Notes: generated by a model not told the origin, from the sequence alone. A stretch of 64,000 bases of DNA from Octopus vulgaris (GCA_951406725.2 OX597818.1:36518001-36582000); one strand, 5' to 3'. Shown: positions 27,463 through 41,200, counted from the stretch's first letter. Numbers and translations: made by a program.

Positions 27463-28291
27463 GTTTCCAATTATTTTCGTACTTTTGCCATGCTGTAAGA
27501 ATTTTATATGCATGACATAATATATTCATTTCTACTTTACCTGATATAATTCCCCTCAAATATAACTTTACTTGAAACAAGATGCTTCGGTGACAAACTG
27601 TTGTTATATGGTACAAAAAAGGGGAAAACAAGTGATATTTTTTTTATCCCTTTATACATTTCTTCAATTAAAATTATACCTTTTATACATTTTAAACGAC
27701 TGAAAATGCCTCTTTGCTTTCAAAATTCTAATTTCATCTTTCACACATGTACTTGTGGTGTTTTGCTTCTCCTTCATAATGAAAATACAATAAAGGAGAG
27801 AAAAGATATTTTCTTTTTTAAATATGAGTTGAAAATGTTTCAGAATGTAAAATATAATGAAATGTTTTCAAACTAGTAAAGGAAAGAAAAATAGCGAGAA
27901 ATCAGAAATTACTCATTTTGCCCCGGTTTGTTATTTTAAAAATGGTTAGATCTAAAACAACAACCTTTGAGCATATATGAAATAATTTTTACAGCCCCCC
28001 AAAAGTGCTTTTTACTTTTGAGAGATGTAATTTTATAATTAAAACAAGAATCAAAATCTAAATTATGGAACATTTTGTATTTACATTGTATTTAGGTTTC
28101 GGAGAGTTACTGAATGTGTGTGTGTCTGTGTGTTTGTGTGTGTGTGTGTATGTGTGTCTGTGTGTGTGTGTGTGCCCCTTTGTTTTGAAACATTCAGTTT
28201 GAGGCCATCATTGGGCAGTCGCATTGGAAACCAGAATTCAACTTGTCTTTTGAGGTCTCAGGCATAAAATAATAAAACTAAAAAAATAATG

Positions 28292-28332
<41 letters not shown>

Positions 28333-28333
<1 letters not shown>

Positions 28334-28920
28334 TCCGCCTCTAGCCCAGAAAGAATATGAAACGTCATGACACTATAGCAAGGATTGTCCATTGAACACT
28401 TTGCAATAAGTATGAACTTGACAGAGCAGAAAAGTGGTACGAACATAAATCCGAAGGCACCATCGAAAATGATAATGCAAAGATCCTATGGAATTTTATG
28501 ATTCAGTGCGATCATGAGATAAAGAATAGGAAACCAGACATAGCGTTAATTGAGAAAGAACGCAAACGATGCTGGGTCATAGATATAGCATGCCCAGCTG
28601 ACAACAAGGTATGCGATAAAGAAGAATGAACAGTTGAAAATATGACAGGTTAGCTTGGCAGGTTAAGCAGTTGTGGTCGATGGAAAAGGTGGTAGTAGTA
28701 CCAATAATTGCCCTGGGAACAGTGAGCAAAAATCTTGAGAAGTACATGGTACATATAGGGGCTGCAATAAGGGTGGAGCACTTCCAGAAAACAGCACTGC
28801 TTGGAACCGCTCGAATACTCTGGATGGTGCTCGAAAGATAGAGGGTGTTACCTTAGTTCGCTGGTATTGAACAGCTGACACCGTAGTACATCTCCAGCGT
28901 TAAAAGCTGTGATAGGACAA
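28333..28920 (+). mobile_element. R4/Dong-like 3' fragment: restriction-like endonuclease domain, flanked by (TAA)n
   Basis: KWYEHKSEGTIENDNAKILWNFMIQCDHEIKNRKPDIALIEKERKRCWVIDIACPAD...EHFQKTALLGTARIL, with stops and frameshifts. Confidence 0.9.
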
Positions 28921-28926
28921 TAAATA

Positions 28927-28963
<37 letters not shown>

Positions 28964-28991
28964 TGATGATGATAATAGTAATAATAATAAA

Positions 28992-29546
28992 TGACCTGAT
29001 GCAGTACCAGACAGTGGCTCTCATGGCTTCTGATCTTAACTGATTGGAAGTGTTATCATGTACATTGTTTTGTCTTGATATAAAAGATGGGCTACAGCAA
29101 ATATTCTGCTCAATACCACAGATTTGCTTGTCAGTTGTTTGACCTTAACCAGTTGAGCATGTCCCTTAGTGGTTGACGATATGTGCATCTCTGATCACGA
29201 GCAGAAGTAGTGGGGGAGCATCATAGCCATGTGTTGAGAGGAATTCTTTGGGGTTTGAATAGTTCACCTCTGGAAACATGGGTGGTTCTTTCAATATCCT
29301 TAAACAACCCTTATTCAGGGACCGTTTGAGCGGGATGGGCTACTCAACCTGAAGAAAATTCTAACTGGGCCCCACCTGCAAGGTCATGTGCTGTTTATCT
29401 TGATACGAGATCACCATGTCGCGCACATATGGTTGTGATGCATGTGCCTGGTGTATCTTTATCAGACGGGTAGTCATGATGGGTATATTGGGCTTCGTAT
29501 ATTTTACCCCAGTGTCACTTTGATGGCATGAACTGCTCTCTCACTC

Positions 29547-29598
<52 letters not shown>

Positions 29599-30179
29599 TT
29601 GATAATAATAGTAATAATAATAATAATGCCCTGTTGCAGTACCAGGCAGTGGCTCTCGTGGCTTCTGATCTTAACTGATTGGAAGTGTCTATCATGTACA
29701 TTGTTTTGTCTTGATATAAAAGATGGGCTACAGCAAATATTCTGCTAAATACCACAGATTTGCCTGTCAGTTATTTGACATTAACCAGTTGAGCATGTCC
29801 CTTAGTGGTTGACGATATGTGCATCTCTGATCACGAGCAGAAGTAGTGGGGGAGGATCATAGCCATGTGTGGAGAGGAATTCTTTGGGGTTTGAATAATT
29901 CACCCTTGGAAACATGGGTGTTTCGTTCAACATCCTTAAACAACCCTTATTCAAGGACCTTTTGAGCAGGATGGGCTACTCGACCTAAACAGAATTGTAA
30001 CTAGGCCCCACCTGCAAGGTCATGTGCTGTTTATCTTGATATGAAATCATGTCGCGCACATATGATTGTGATGCATGTGCCTGGTGCACCATTATCAGAC
30101 GGGTTGTCATGATGGATATACTAGGCTTCGTATATTTTACCCCAGTGTCACTTTGATGGCATGTGCTGCTCACTCACTC

Positions 30180-30224
<45 letters not shown>

Positions 30225-30668
30225 CATAATTGCTCAGTAACACAGGTTTGCTTGTCAGTTGTTTGACCTTAACCAATTAAGCATGTCTCTTAGTGGCTGA
30301 CGATATGTGCATCTCTGATCCCGAGCATAAGTAGTTGGGGAACATCATAGTCATGTGTTGAGAAGAATTCTTTGTGGTTTGGATAATTCACATCGGGAGA
30401 CATGGGTATTTCGTTCAACATCTTTAAACAACTCTTATTCAGGGATCTTTTGAGGGGTTGGGCTACTCGAACTGAAGAAAATTCTAACTGGGCCCCACAT
30501 GTAAGAACATGCGCTGTTAATCTTGTTATGCGATCGCCATGTCACGCACATATGGTTGTGATGCATGGATCTGGTGTACCCTTATCAGACAGGTAGTCAT
30601 GATGTGTATACTGGGCTTCGAATATTTAACCCCAGTATCACTTTGATGGCATGCACTGCTCTCTCACT
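28992..30668 (+). mobile_element. Three tandem copies of a ~555-bp non-coding (TAA)n-tailed retroposon (28992-29546, 29627-30179, 5'-truncated 30231-30668)
   Basis: Colinear copies separated by (TAA)n and ending ...GATGGCATG-ACTGCTCTCTCACT(C)AATAAT. Confidence 0.9.
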
Positions 30669-30830
30669 AATGATAACAATAATAATATGGTACCGTAGGC
30701 TGCTGCAGGTAGTAAGCTCGCTATGAATGCAAGACTCCAGAAGCTTCTTCACGACCTGAGATAAAGAGATAATCGTAATAATAAATTGGAAACTTCCAGT
30801 AAATGTTAAATAATATCAACTATATATATA

Positions 30831-31693
30831 CAGGGTGCAATGAGTAACTTGTCGCCATTTTATATTTTTTAATTTCGTGCATGTATATGTTTGTTTTCGA
30901 TTTGGTCGACTACACAGTATAGTAGGGTCAGTTGGGCACCGTCTGTGAAAAGAAAGCAGCAGCATGGCGCAAGTCATTCTGCCAGAATTTTGGAAACCAC
31001 ATGCTGTACTGCATGACATTCGCGCCAGAACCTCCAATACGAACAGCTGGTGAACTGTTGGCTTGCCGTGTCCCAAAAACATGTACCGAGAGTGACAAAA
31101 ATCAAATGGCCAGTCAACATCATGGCGTTTGGAGTGATCATTAATGATGGCTACGTTATGCCTCCATTCATCTTGCCACACGGCCTCACTCTCAACACAG
31201 AGGCCTACATCAAGCGCCAAGAGGAGGTAGTACTTCCGTGAGTCAAGAGGGTGGCTGCTGAAAGATCCAATGTCTGACAACGGGGATCAGCATCATGTCA
31301 CACAAACAGGAGAACCCAGTCATGACTGTCAGACAATTTCTACGACCACATCACCCCTAGCATCTGGCCACCTAACTCCCCACACTGCAACCCCTTGATT
31401 ATAATGTGCGAGAGACGAACAAAATTCCTTGTAATACCAAAGACGAACCGAAGGCAAAGATTATGGCAGCATTCATCAACTTAAACAAGGAGACCGTCCA
31501 GAAGATTTGCAGGAGATTCCGAAGTCGTCTGGAGGCCATGGTTGAAGCCAATGGCAATTTTATTTAATAAATTCACCCATTAGTATTTCAAGATATTGTC
31601 ATATAATTTTGGTACATATATGTGTTAAAATGAGACGTCAGTCTTATTTTCATTTTTGCGTAATTTAGACGACAATATATTCACCGCACCCTG
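30831..31693 (+). mobile_element. Internally deleted Tc1/mariner-superfamily transposon (probably DD37D/maT type), TA-flanked
   Basis: TA|CAGGGTGC...GCACCCTG|TA termini. The remnant reads KWPVNIMAFGVIINDGYVMPPFILPHGLTLNTEAYI...IWPPNSPHCNPLDY. Confidence 0.85.
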
Positions 31694-31740
31694 TATATGT
31701 ATGTATGTATATATGTATGTATGTATGTATGTGTGTATAT

Positions 31741-32362
31741 ACAAAACACCTTGTAATACCAAAGACAAACCGACGGCAAAGATTATGGCAACATTCACCA
31801 ACTTAAATAAGTAGACCGTCTAGAAGATTTGCAGGAGATTCCGAAGTCGTTTGGAGGCCGTGGTTGAAGCCAATGGCGATTTTATTGAATAAATTTACCC
31901 TTTAGTATTTCAGTATATTTTCATATAATTTTGGTAAATATACCTGTTAAAATGAGACGTCAGTGTTATTTTCATTTTTGCGTAATTTAGACGACAATAT
32001 ATTCACCGCACCCTGTATATGTATGTATGTATATATGTATGTATGTGTGTATATACAAAACACCTCGTAATACCAAAGACGAACCGACGGCAAAGACTAT
32101 GGCAAGATTCACCAACTTAAATAAGTAGACCGTCCAGAAGATCTACGGGAGATTCCGAAGTCGTCTGGAGGCCGTGGTTGAAGCCAATGGCGATTTTATT
32201 TAATAAATTTACCCTTTAATATTTCAAGATATTTTCAAATAATTTTGGCAAATATATGTGTTAAATATATGTGTTAAAAAATATATTGGTAAATATGTGT
32301 TAAATATATGTGTTATTTTCATTTTTGCGTAATTTACACGACAATATATTCACCGCATCCTG
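31741..32362 (+). repeat. Two extra tandem copies of that transposon's 3' ~275 bp including the right TIR (31741-32015, 32055-32362)
   Basis: Each repeats TAATACCAAAGAC...GTTGAAGCCAATGGC...ATATTCACCGCA(C/T)CCTG and is followed by (TATG)n. Confidence 0.9.
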
Positions 32363-32398
32363 TATATGTATGTATCTATGTATCTATGTATGTATGTT

Positions 32399-32430
<32 letters not shown>

Positions 32431-32829
32431 TGTATGTATGTATGTATGTATGTATGTGGGCAGACACAACAGCTAAGGACACAACAGTTAAGTAAGTCAT
32501 TAATACGGTAATCGTTTCAGACAGACACACAGACGGCTACTAAACTAACCACAGTGCGTTTGCGGCGGGATAAATATTTTGATTTTCCTTCGATTAATTT
32601 AACTTCTATTTTGACGGGAATGGTTATATCTTTATTCGTTTACTATTCATTCAGTTATTATTTATTTATATTGTGATAATATATTAATATCGTGGATATG
32701 CATTTATGTTCCAATTTTCTCTCGTCTGACCAACATTTCTTGCTAATGAAAACAACCAAAACAACGCTATCATTGATATCTATAGAACGTGAAACTTATT
32801 GTCTCGATCATTCAGATTAATCCGAGTCG

Positions 32830-32854
32830 GTTATTATTATCATTATTATTATTA

Positions 32855-32888
<34 letters not shown>

Positions 32889-32902
32889 CATTATTATTAT
32901 TA

Positions 32903-32956
<54 letters not shown>

Positions 32957-32957
32957 G

Positions 32958-32994
<37 letters not shown>

Positions 32995-33157
32995 GTTATT
33001 ATTATTATTATTAGCATTATTATTATTATTATTTTTATTATTATTATTATTATTGTTGTTGTTGTTGTTGTTATCAACATCATCATCTTCATCGTCATCA
33101 TTACTATTATCATCATCATCATCGCAATCATTATTATTATCATTATTATTATTATCA

Positions 33158-33203
<46 letters not shown>

Positions 33204-33408
33204 CATTATTATTGTTATTATTATCATTATTCGCCGTGCGAAATGCTTAGGGGCATTTCGTCCGCCTTGGCGTTCTGAGTTCAAATTCCGCCGAATTCGA
33301 CTTTGGTTTTCATCCATCTAAATTAAGTATCAGTCCAGCACTGGGGCCGAAATGAACGCCCATCCTCCTATTGTAGAAAGGATTATTATTATCATCATTA
33401 TTATCATT

Positions 33409-33449
<41 letters not shown>

Positions 33450-33639
33450 CGTTGTCGTTGTCGTCGTCGTCGTTGTTTACGTCTTTACGTTCTGAGTTCA
33501 ATTTTTCGCCGGGGGCGACTTTGTCCTTTTCGGGGTTGATTACTAAATTTTAGGGGTTGATGTAATCGTCTAATGCTCTCCCCTAGAATTTCAGGCCTTG
33601 TGCCTATAGTAGAAAGGATCATTATTATTATTATTATTA

Positions 33640-33694
<55 letters not shown>

Positions 33695-33707
33695 CATTAT
33701 TTTTATT

Positions 33708-33750
<43 letters not shown>
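32830..33750. repeat. Compound (TTA)n/(TTG)n/(TCA)n microsatellite block containing two SINE C fragments (~33232-33360, ~33483-33620)
   Basis: Direct reading. The fragments carry GTTCTGAGTTCAA...GACTTTG. Confidence 0.85.
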
Positions 33751-33909
33751 ACATTTTAATTTTCTAATGATTTATTGTCTTCCTGCCATCATTTGATTAA
33801 TGCAGGTGTATTTAAGTGTTATGGCCTGATTCAGGATTGATATATATATATATTTATATGCGTGTGCGCATGTGTGTAAGTGTATCTGCATATATATATA
33901 TATATATAT

Positions 33910-34090
33910 ATAGCCACTACACACATTTTTTTCTCTCCTTGTTTCTCTCCTTTTTTCTGTGTCCCTTTCTGTAGAAGAGCGTAGGCTCGAAACGTAAAAG
34001 ACATTTTCTATTCCTGAGCGTTATAATAATACATCTGTTTGTTTTGTACACCACCTGCCTTTGGCTTTTGTTTTTTTCGTAAACTCTCCC
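33910..34090 (+). mobile_element. Penelope-like terminal fragment with variant minimal HHR (33965-34000) between (TA)n tracts
   Basis: CTTT-CTGTAGA-A-GAGC gtag GCTC-GAAA-CG-TA-AAAG. The same family occurs at ~17755-17880 (-), ~19683-19832 (+, HHR deleted) and ~47885-48040 (-). Confidence 0.65.
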
Positions 34091-34091
34091 T

Positions 34092-34148
<57 letters not shown>

Positions 34149-34212
34149 TACACATGCACGCGCACACACGGCACACACACATATACACAATATATTTTCG
34201 TATATTTGTGTG

Positions 34213-34245
<33 letters not shown>

Positions 34246-34662
34246 TTACGGAACGAGTATACTTATGAGTGAAACTATTGAGCTGTATTTGTCTATGTTT
34301 TCAAAATATCTTCATTAGTGCCAAGTTTGATAATTGCAAATGGAAGCTTATTTATAAGTTGTAATCTTCTTGCACACACACACACACACAAACAAACAAA
34401 CACACACACAGACACACACATGCACATACACACAAGCACGAGCACACACACATACACACACACACACACACGCACACACACAGGCATACACTTCTGTATA
34501 TGTTTCGATTCGAACGGGAAAGTGTGTGTGAGGGTATGTAGTGAGTGTGTGTGTATTTGTGTGTGTATATTGTGCGAGTTTGTGTCTGTGTGTGAGATGT
34601 ACAGCGGAGACAAAGAAAACGGAATTTTCAGCAATTGTTTCTGTAGCATCCACTCACTCACT

Positions 34663-34698
<36 letters not shown>

Positions 34699-35056
34699 CA
34701 CACGCACATCTAATTGCGCGTGCGTGCGTGTGTGTATATGCATGTGTATATACGGGTATCTGTTTGTAAGTACGCTCGATTACGCAGTCACGTTATGATA
34801 TTATGTATGTAACGTGTTTGAGTTAAGTACTTTGTTTCGCCGAGGTGGACTTTGCCTTTTATCCTTCTGGTGTCAATTAATTAAGTACCAGTGGAACACT
34901 GGGATTGATGTAATCGATTAGTCAACTCCCCACAAATTTCAGGTCATGTCCCTTTAGTAGAAAAGATTATTAAAAAAACCTAAACTGCATACATATGCGT
35001 AGCTGTATGTAAACACAGACACACACACACACACACAGATACATACACACACACAC

Positions 35057-35180
<124 letters not shown>

Positions 35181-35631
35181 ACACAGACACACATACATAT
35201 GTACAGACGCAATTTCGTAAGCATATACACATCTTTATTTCTTTCATCTTTAGGTGTTTACAAATAACAGCATCCATCGTGCATTCACAGACTTCCACTG
35301 ATAGCAATCGTCTACCCGACAGATTTCGTTAGCGAGTAGCGACCAATTAGTGTTTATACATATCGGTTCTATTGTTTATGTACAAACATTTTGCTTTTGT
35401 TTGTGTTATTTCCAGAGGGCGAACCTGTTGTTGGACTTTGCAGAGTACGTGTATCGATTTCTTTGTTCTAAAAGGAAAAAGAAAATTGTCGGTGTTAATA
35501 AATTGTTCGTTTTACTGTATTAGACAAACATATGGACGGATGAGAAAACAGATTCAATGGAAAACATTACTTAATATTATGTTGATGAATAAAACTAATT
35601 ACTCCAGTGTACACAGGTGTATACGTACTCT

Positions 35632-35833
35632 ACTATTTTACTTGTTTCGCTCATTTGGCTGCGGCCATGCTGGAGCACCGCCTTTTAGTCGAACAAATCG
35701 ACCCCAGTACTTAATCTTTGTAAAGCGTTAGTACTTATTCTATCGGTCTCTTTATTGCCGAACCGCTAAGTTACGGGACGTAAACACACCAGCATCGGTT
35801 GTCAAGCGATGTTGGTGGACAAACACAGACACA

Positions 35834-35880
<47 letters not shown>

Positions 35881-36030
35881 ATACGCACACATATGCATAT
35901 ATACGACGGGCTTCTTTCACTTTCCGTCTGCCAAATCCACTCACGAGGCTTTGATCGGCCCGAGGCTATAGTAGAAGATGCTTACCCAAGGTGCCATGCA
36001 GTGGGACTGAACCCGGAACCATGTGGTTGG
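35632..36030 (-). mobile_element. SINE family A, near full length
   Basis: Reverse complement of the 22224 copy with an internal (CA)n. Confidence 0.9.
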
Positions 36031-36297
36031 TACATATAAGCACATTTATGCCCACACACATATGTGTATGTGTTTGTGTGCGTGTGTATGCGTGTGTGTT
36101 TGTGTTTGTGTTTCTGCGTGTGTGTGTGTATTTTTGGCACTTCATGTCTCGGGGCTCTGCTGAAACCATAAGGTGTTACTCTGGCACTCAACTATGAATC
36201 CCCTGCATTTTCATAGCGGAAACGGCTGTAAGCCAATGCAGTTCATAAGAATAATTATTTATTCCCTTGTCATCTATTTTTCTTATATATCTATGTA

Positions 36298-36365
<68 letters not shown>

Positions 36366-36561
36366 TGTGTGAGTGAGTGTGTGTGTGTGTGTGTTTGTAA
36401 GTATTCAAAATTTTTAATGAGTTTAAGGGTTTTTCTTTACCAAATAAATGACTCAACAAAGATAAGTTGAATTTGTGGATGTGTAAAATGCATTAAACAA
36501 TATCATTTATTACAATAATGTATTTTAACGTAACGTGTACTTGTTTCATGTGTGCGTGCAT

Positions 36562-36622
<61 letters not shown>

Positions 36623-37131
36623 AAGCTTCATTATTCAAAGGGAGCCGGTGTCATAAAAATATGGTGCTAAAATAAAGCTGTGTACCTGAGTTATATCAGA
36701 CTTAGGTTAGGCTTTATGGAAACACTTGTTGCTTGTGGAAACCCGTTTGAAATAAAGAAGCCAGCAATCTTCTGTAAACAATAGACGCACATATTTTTTC
36801 GGGATTATATGAATCCATGCTAATAATTGCAAGTTTGATCTACCATATCATCCTGTCAGATATTAGCAAATAGTGTTCGCGGATACAGGGATTATGTACG
36901 AACGAACAACAATATTTTACTTATCGCATATCTTTGTATTTAAGTACGTATATACATATTTGTATGTATATATGTATGTATGTACGTACGTATATATGTA
37001 TGTATAAATGTATGTATGTATGTGTGTATATATGTATGAATGTATGTACGTACGTATATATGTATGTATGAATGTGTCTATGTATCTGTGTATGTATGTA
37101 TGTATGTATGTATGTATGTATGTATGTATGT

Positions 37132-37192
<61 letters not shown>

Positions 37193-37309
37193 GGGAAGAG
37201 AGAGAGAGACAGACAGAGACAGACAGAGACAAAGGCAGAGACAAAAAAGACAGAGAGACAGAGAGAGATAGTGAGAAATATATAGAGTTTGTTATCACTC
37301 TGATTTAGC

Positions 37310-37480
37310 AAAACAAGATTTTTTTCTTTCCCTGTGCCTAAAGGTTTCGTGCAGTTGACAAATGTCAGCTATGTGTGTGTCGGAAAGTTAGACAATTTCA
37401 GATTCACCGACAAGTGCGACTGGCTGACTGACTGATGTAAAACCGCACGAAACCTTTAGGTATGAGTGAAAAATCCGGTT
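37310..37480. mobile_element. Small inverted-repeat element (MITE-like)
   Basis: CCTAAAGGTTTCGTGC (37337-37352) pairs with GCACGAAACCTTTAGG (37445-37460), with imperfect extension on both sides. Confidence 0.55.
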
Positions 37481-38196
37481 CCCCCCCAACAAGCAATTTT
37501 ATATATGCATCATATGTGCGAACGTATGTGTGTCTGTGAGAGAGAGAGTATGAGAGTGAGTGTGTGTGTGTCCGTTCTTATGCATCTTAATATGACTAGG
37601 TTTATGCAGCTGTTTTATATACGCAGTAAATAGACTGATATGTTTAAGAGTTCATACAGTCACACACTGACAGAGTAACTACGTAACGACCCATCCACAT
37701 ATATGTATGTATGTATGTGTGAGAGAGGGACAGAGACGGAGAGACAGAAAGAGTGTGTGTGTGTGTGTATTAAAGGAATGATGTTTTCTTATTCAAATAT
37801 ATCGAATATATCCTTAATATGAAGCATAGTCACCGGTACAGACGTTTTTCACGTGTAACACTTTATTTAAAGCCAGCCACGTATACACTGCCTAATACAG
37901 CAGTATGCAGATCTACAGGCACCGACACATAAATATATACACATACAGAAATCAATAAATCCATGACTCTGATATACATGCTTGCACACATGCGCAGACA
38001 CACTCACACACATTCATATGTGTATACACGTATGCATCAATTATTGTACACCTATATTCGTGTTATGACTACGTCAAATATGTCTAAAGCCAGCACGTAA
38101 TTAAGTTACGAAGATAGGACTGTATACTGAACCCGACAACTTAGGGTTATAAAATCATACCGAGTTAACATAATCCCATACGTACACACACACACA

Positions 38197-38230
<34 letters not shown>

Positions 38231-38829
38231 TCAACATATACAAACTCACTCACAGACACATGCATATACTCACTCACACACATACACAGACAGACACACT
38301 CGAAGAAACACATACACATAAAACAAAATCAATTATTCTACTCAAAAATCGCAATAGGTATTGTCTTGTTTAGGCCAAATACCAATTCCTATAAACCAAT
38401 TCCTATAAACAACCATATAATTATTCGGCTTAACAAACAAAAAGAGGACTAATGTAAAATACAGAAACATTATTTAGCGGGGTGGTGTCTGTTAAAGGAA
38501 TAGGGGTGAAAGTGTTCGATTTTAGTCTTCTATCATCTTCGAACAAAACAGGCTAAGAATTTCGTCACGTTGACGTCATAGCGTTTATATAAATATTAAT
38601 AAGCTAACCTGTGCAGTAACTGGCGTATGTTCTTCACCTCCGACACATAGAATTTGTTGATGTTGCGAACCAGGAAACTAACGGTTTCTCATTGGTAGAA
38701 CCATTTCTCGTTATCACCGCCCAGTGGAAGCCGAGCTCATCAAATTTCATAATGGGTGTATCTAAGACACTAGTAGATATACAATCGCGTATACACATAC
38801 GTATATATACATATGTATACTTACAGCCG

Positions 38830-38862
<33 letters not shown>

Positions 38863-39027
38863 TTATGCACAAAGAGAAAAGAAAATCACAGGTGTAAGAG
38901 TCTATTGAAATAAAGAATTACATCTGCGTAAATGAATGTGCATGTGTATAATCATGTTGGTATGGTTGCCATTGCATATAAATATGTGTGCGTATAGTGT
39001 GTGTGCGTGTATGTGTGTGCGTGTATT

Positions 39028-39058
<31 letters not shown>

Positions 39059-39198
39059 CTGTGTGTCTGTGTAGATAGATAGACCGACAGATAGATAGAT
39101 AGATAGATACATACATACATACATACATACATACATACATACATACATACATACATACATACATACATACATAGGAATGCACACATGTATAAATATGT

Positions 39199-39235
<37 letters not shown>

Positions 39236-39238
<3 letters not shown>

Positions 39239-39420
39239 TAAGTAATTAAGGGTTTAGCAACGATTTGCCTCACCACATACCGAATTTAGAAATAGCAGTC
39301 AAAGAGTTATGGCTATTCTTTCTACTTAACAGAGATATCTCAGTAAAACCACAGCACTTAAAAGGCAAGCAACGCAGGCAAAAGAGAAAGAAATGACGAC
39401 AATCATTCTATATTAAGTCT
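39236..39420 (-). mobile_element. Diverged partial copy of the ~591-bp HHR-bearing unit, between (TA)n tracts
   Basis: TACTAAGTAATTAAGGGTTTAGCAACGA...GAATTTAGAAATAGCAGTCAAAGAG matches 49066-49258. Confidence 0.85.
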
Positions 39421-39710
39421 ATATATATATATATATTTATATACATACATATATATATATATATAGCTGTGTGTGTGTGTGTGTGTGTGTGTAGTCACAG
39501 CCACACATACAAGCACGAAAAATACAGAGCCTGGTCATAGACGAGACTGGGCATAGATTTTGCATTCCGTATATTCAATAATGGGGTCGAATGAGATGGG
39601 GAAAAAGAGATCTTAAGGACGGAGTGAGGGCGAGAGGGCTGATGTGGGCAGAAACAGAGGGATATGTAACTTGCAGCTATTGTATACCTACTAAAATCCA
39701 TGTGTGATAA

Positions 39711-39872
<162 letters not shown>

Positions 39873-41094
39873 TCATCCATCCATGCTTAAAATAGATCCA
39901 ATAATGGGTGTATCTTTATACATGCTAACATTCGCACGTGTGTGCGTGTGTGAATTGTATGTCTGAATCTGTGTGTTTAAATGCATGTGTGTGTGTGCGT
40001 GCGTTTTCCCGCTCCACCACCACCGTTACTATGATCACAACCAGTACTACTACTACTACTACAACTACTACCATCACCAGTATGAAACAAATGTTGCTAT
40101 GTTAACACCTGCAAACTGCGAAAAATTTCCTCAAACGTAATGGCTAGAATCAAATTAACATAAAGCGTAAGCGCAATATTTTGATAATAGGGATACAAAG
40201 CATATAAGATAGGGTAAGAAGCTACTTGATCAGGATTGTCAGGTGCATGCTTTTATTTTTTAGCACCGAAATGATGGAAGCTGAAGTTGTTCTGGCGGGA
40301 TTTGAACTCGGAACACAACCGGGACGTGATACAATTGTGACCTGAGTTTGAGCATGTTATTATCAAATTTTTATTGGTTTGATCTAAAGTAAATCCCGCC
40401 AGGCCCTAGGATACAGGTAAAATTCATGTGGTTAATATTCTGTTACTAGCCTTTTACCTGTCCAAAGTATTTTCATAAGTTTGTCCCAAAGCTCCGGTCC
40501 ATCCTTGTTTTCAGATTTTAGTTAGCCCATGTTGCATACATTCTGAGTAACATAAAGTTGTCCTTTTTTAAGCCCTGTTTTACTATGTTGATTGAAAAAC
40601 CTTGGGAATGTGTATCATATAATATATGACATATATAATGCATCTATGTCAAAGAAATATGCCCTATGTATCGCATATGATACACAGGAGAGGTAAAGAG
40701 TTAAGGTGACAGCCACAGGAAAAAAACATATGAAGCGAAGCATTTCGGGGGACATCACTCTTTAGAGGAATCACTGGACACAGTGTTCATTAAGGGTCGA
40801 AGAGGAAAGTCACAATCTGGATGATTAGAATAATTAGAAGCGAAGGGACAATGAATGGTGAGTGTCTGAGTGGAGGTGGTTCTAGAGTGACCAGTTACAA
40901 GAAATAGATCTAGTAGCAAAATAAGACAGATGATACAGCACGGCTCTCAACCAAAGGTTATAGTGAGATGGTGAAAAGCTCCATAGCAATAAGTCGAGTA
41001 GCCAATCTTTTTAGGACTTCTTTGTGTATAATAGCAGCTATATACTTTCTATATTTAAGAGATGAGGAATTATGTACATTATTTACATTATTTA

Positions 41095-41200
41095 CATTAT
41101 TTCATGAAGAGGGCTGGAGGGTATATCAGCCGAAACGTTGTGTTAACAACAAACAAGATGAGGACAAATATCCGTCGAATGTAAATAACGTAAATAAAGC
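41095..41200 (+). mobile_element. Penelope-like terminal fragment with decayed HHR-like core
   Basis: ATGAAGA-G-GGCTG gagggtatat CAGCC-GAAA-CGTT. Stem II is intact, the core is mutated and stem I is missing. Confidence 0.5.

Noticed and set aside
28992-29330. HDV-like ribozyme at the 5' end of the 555-bp element (CCCTGA pairing with TCAGGG)
   Set aside because: I could not place P3/L3, P1.1 or J4/2, so the nested double pseudoknot is unsupported.
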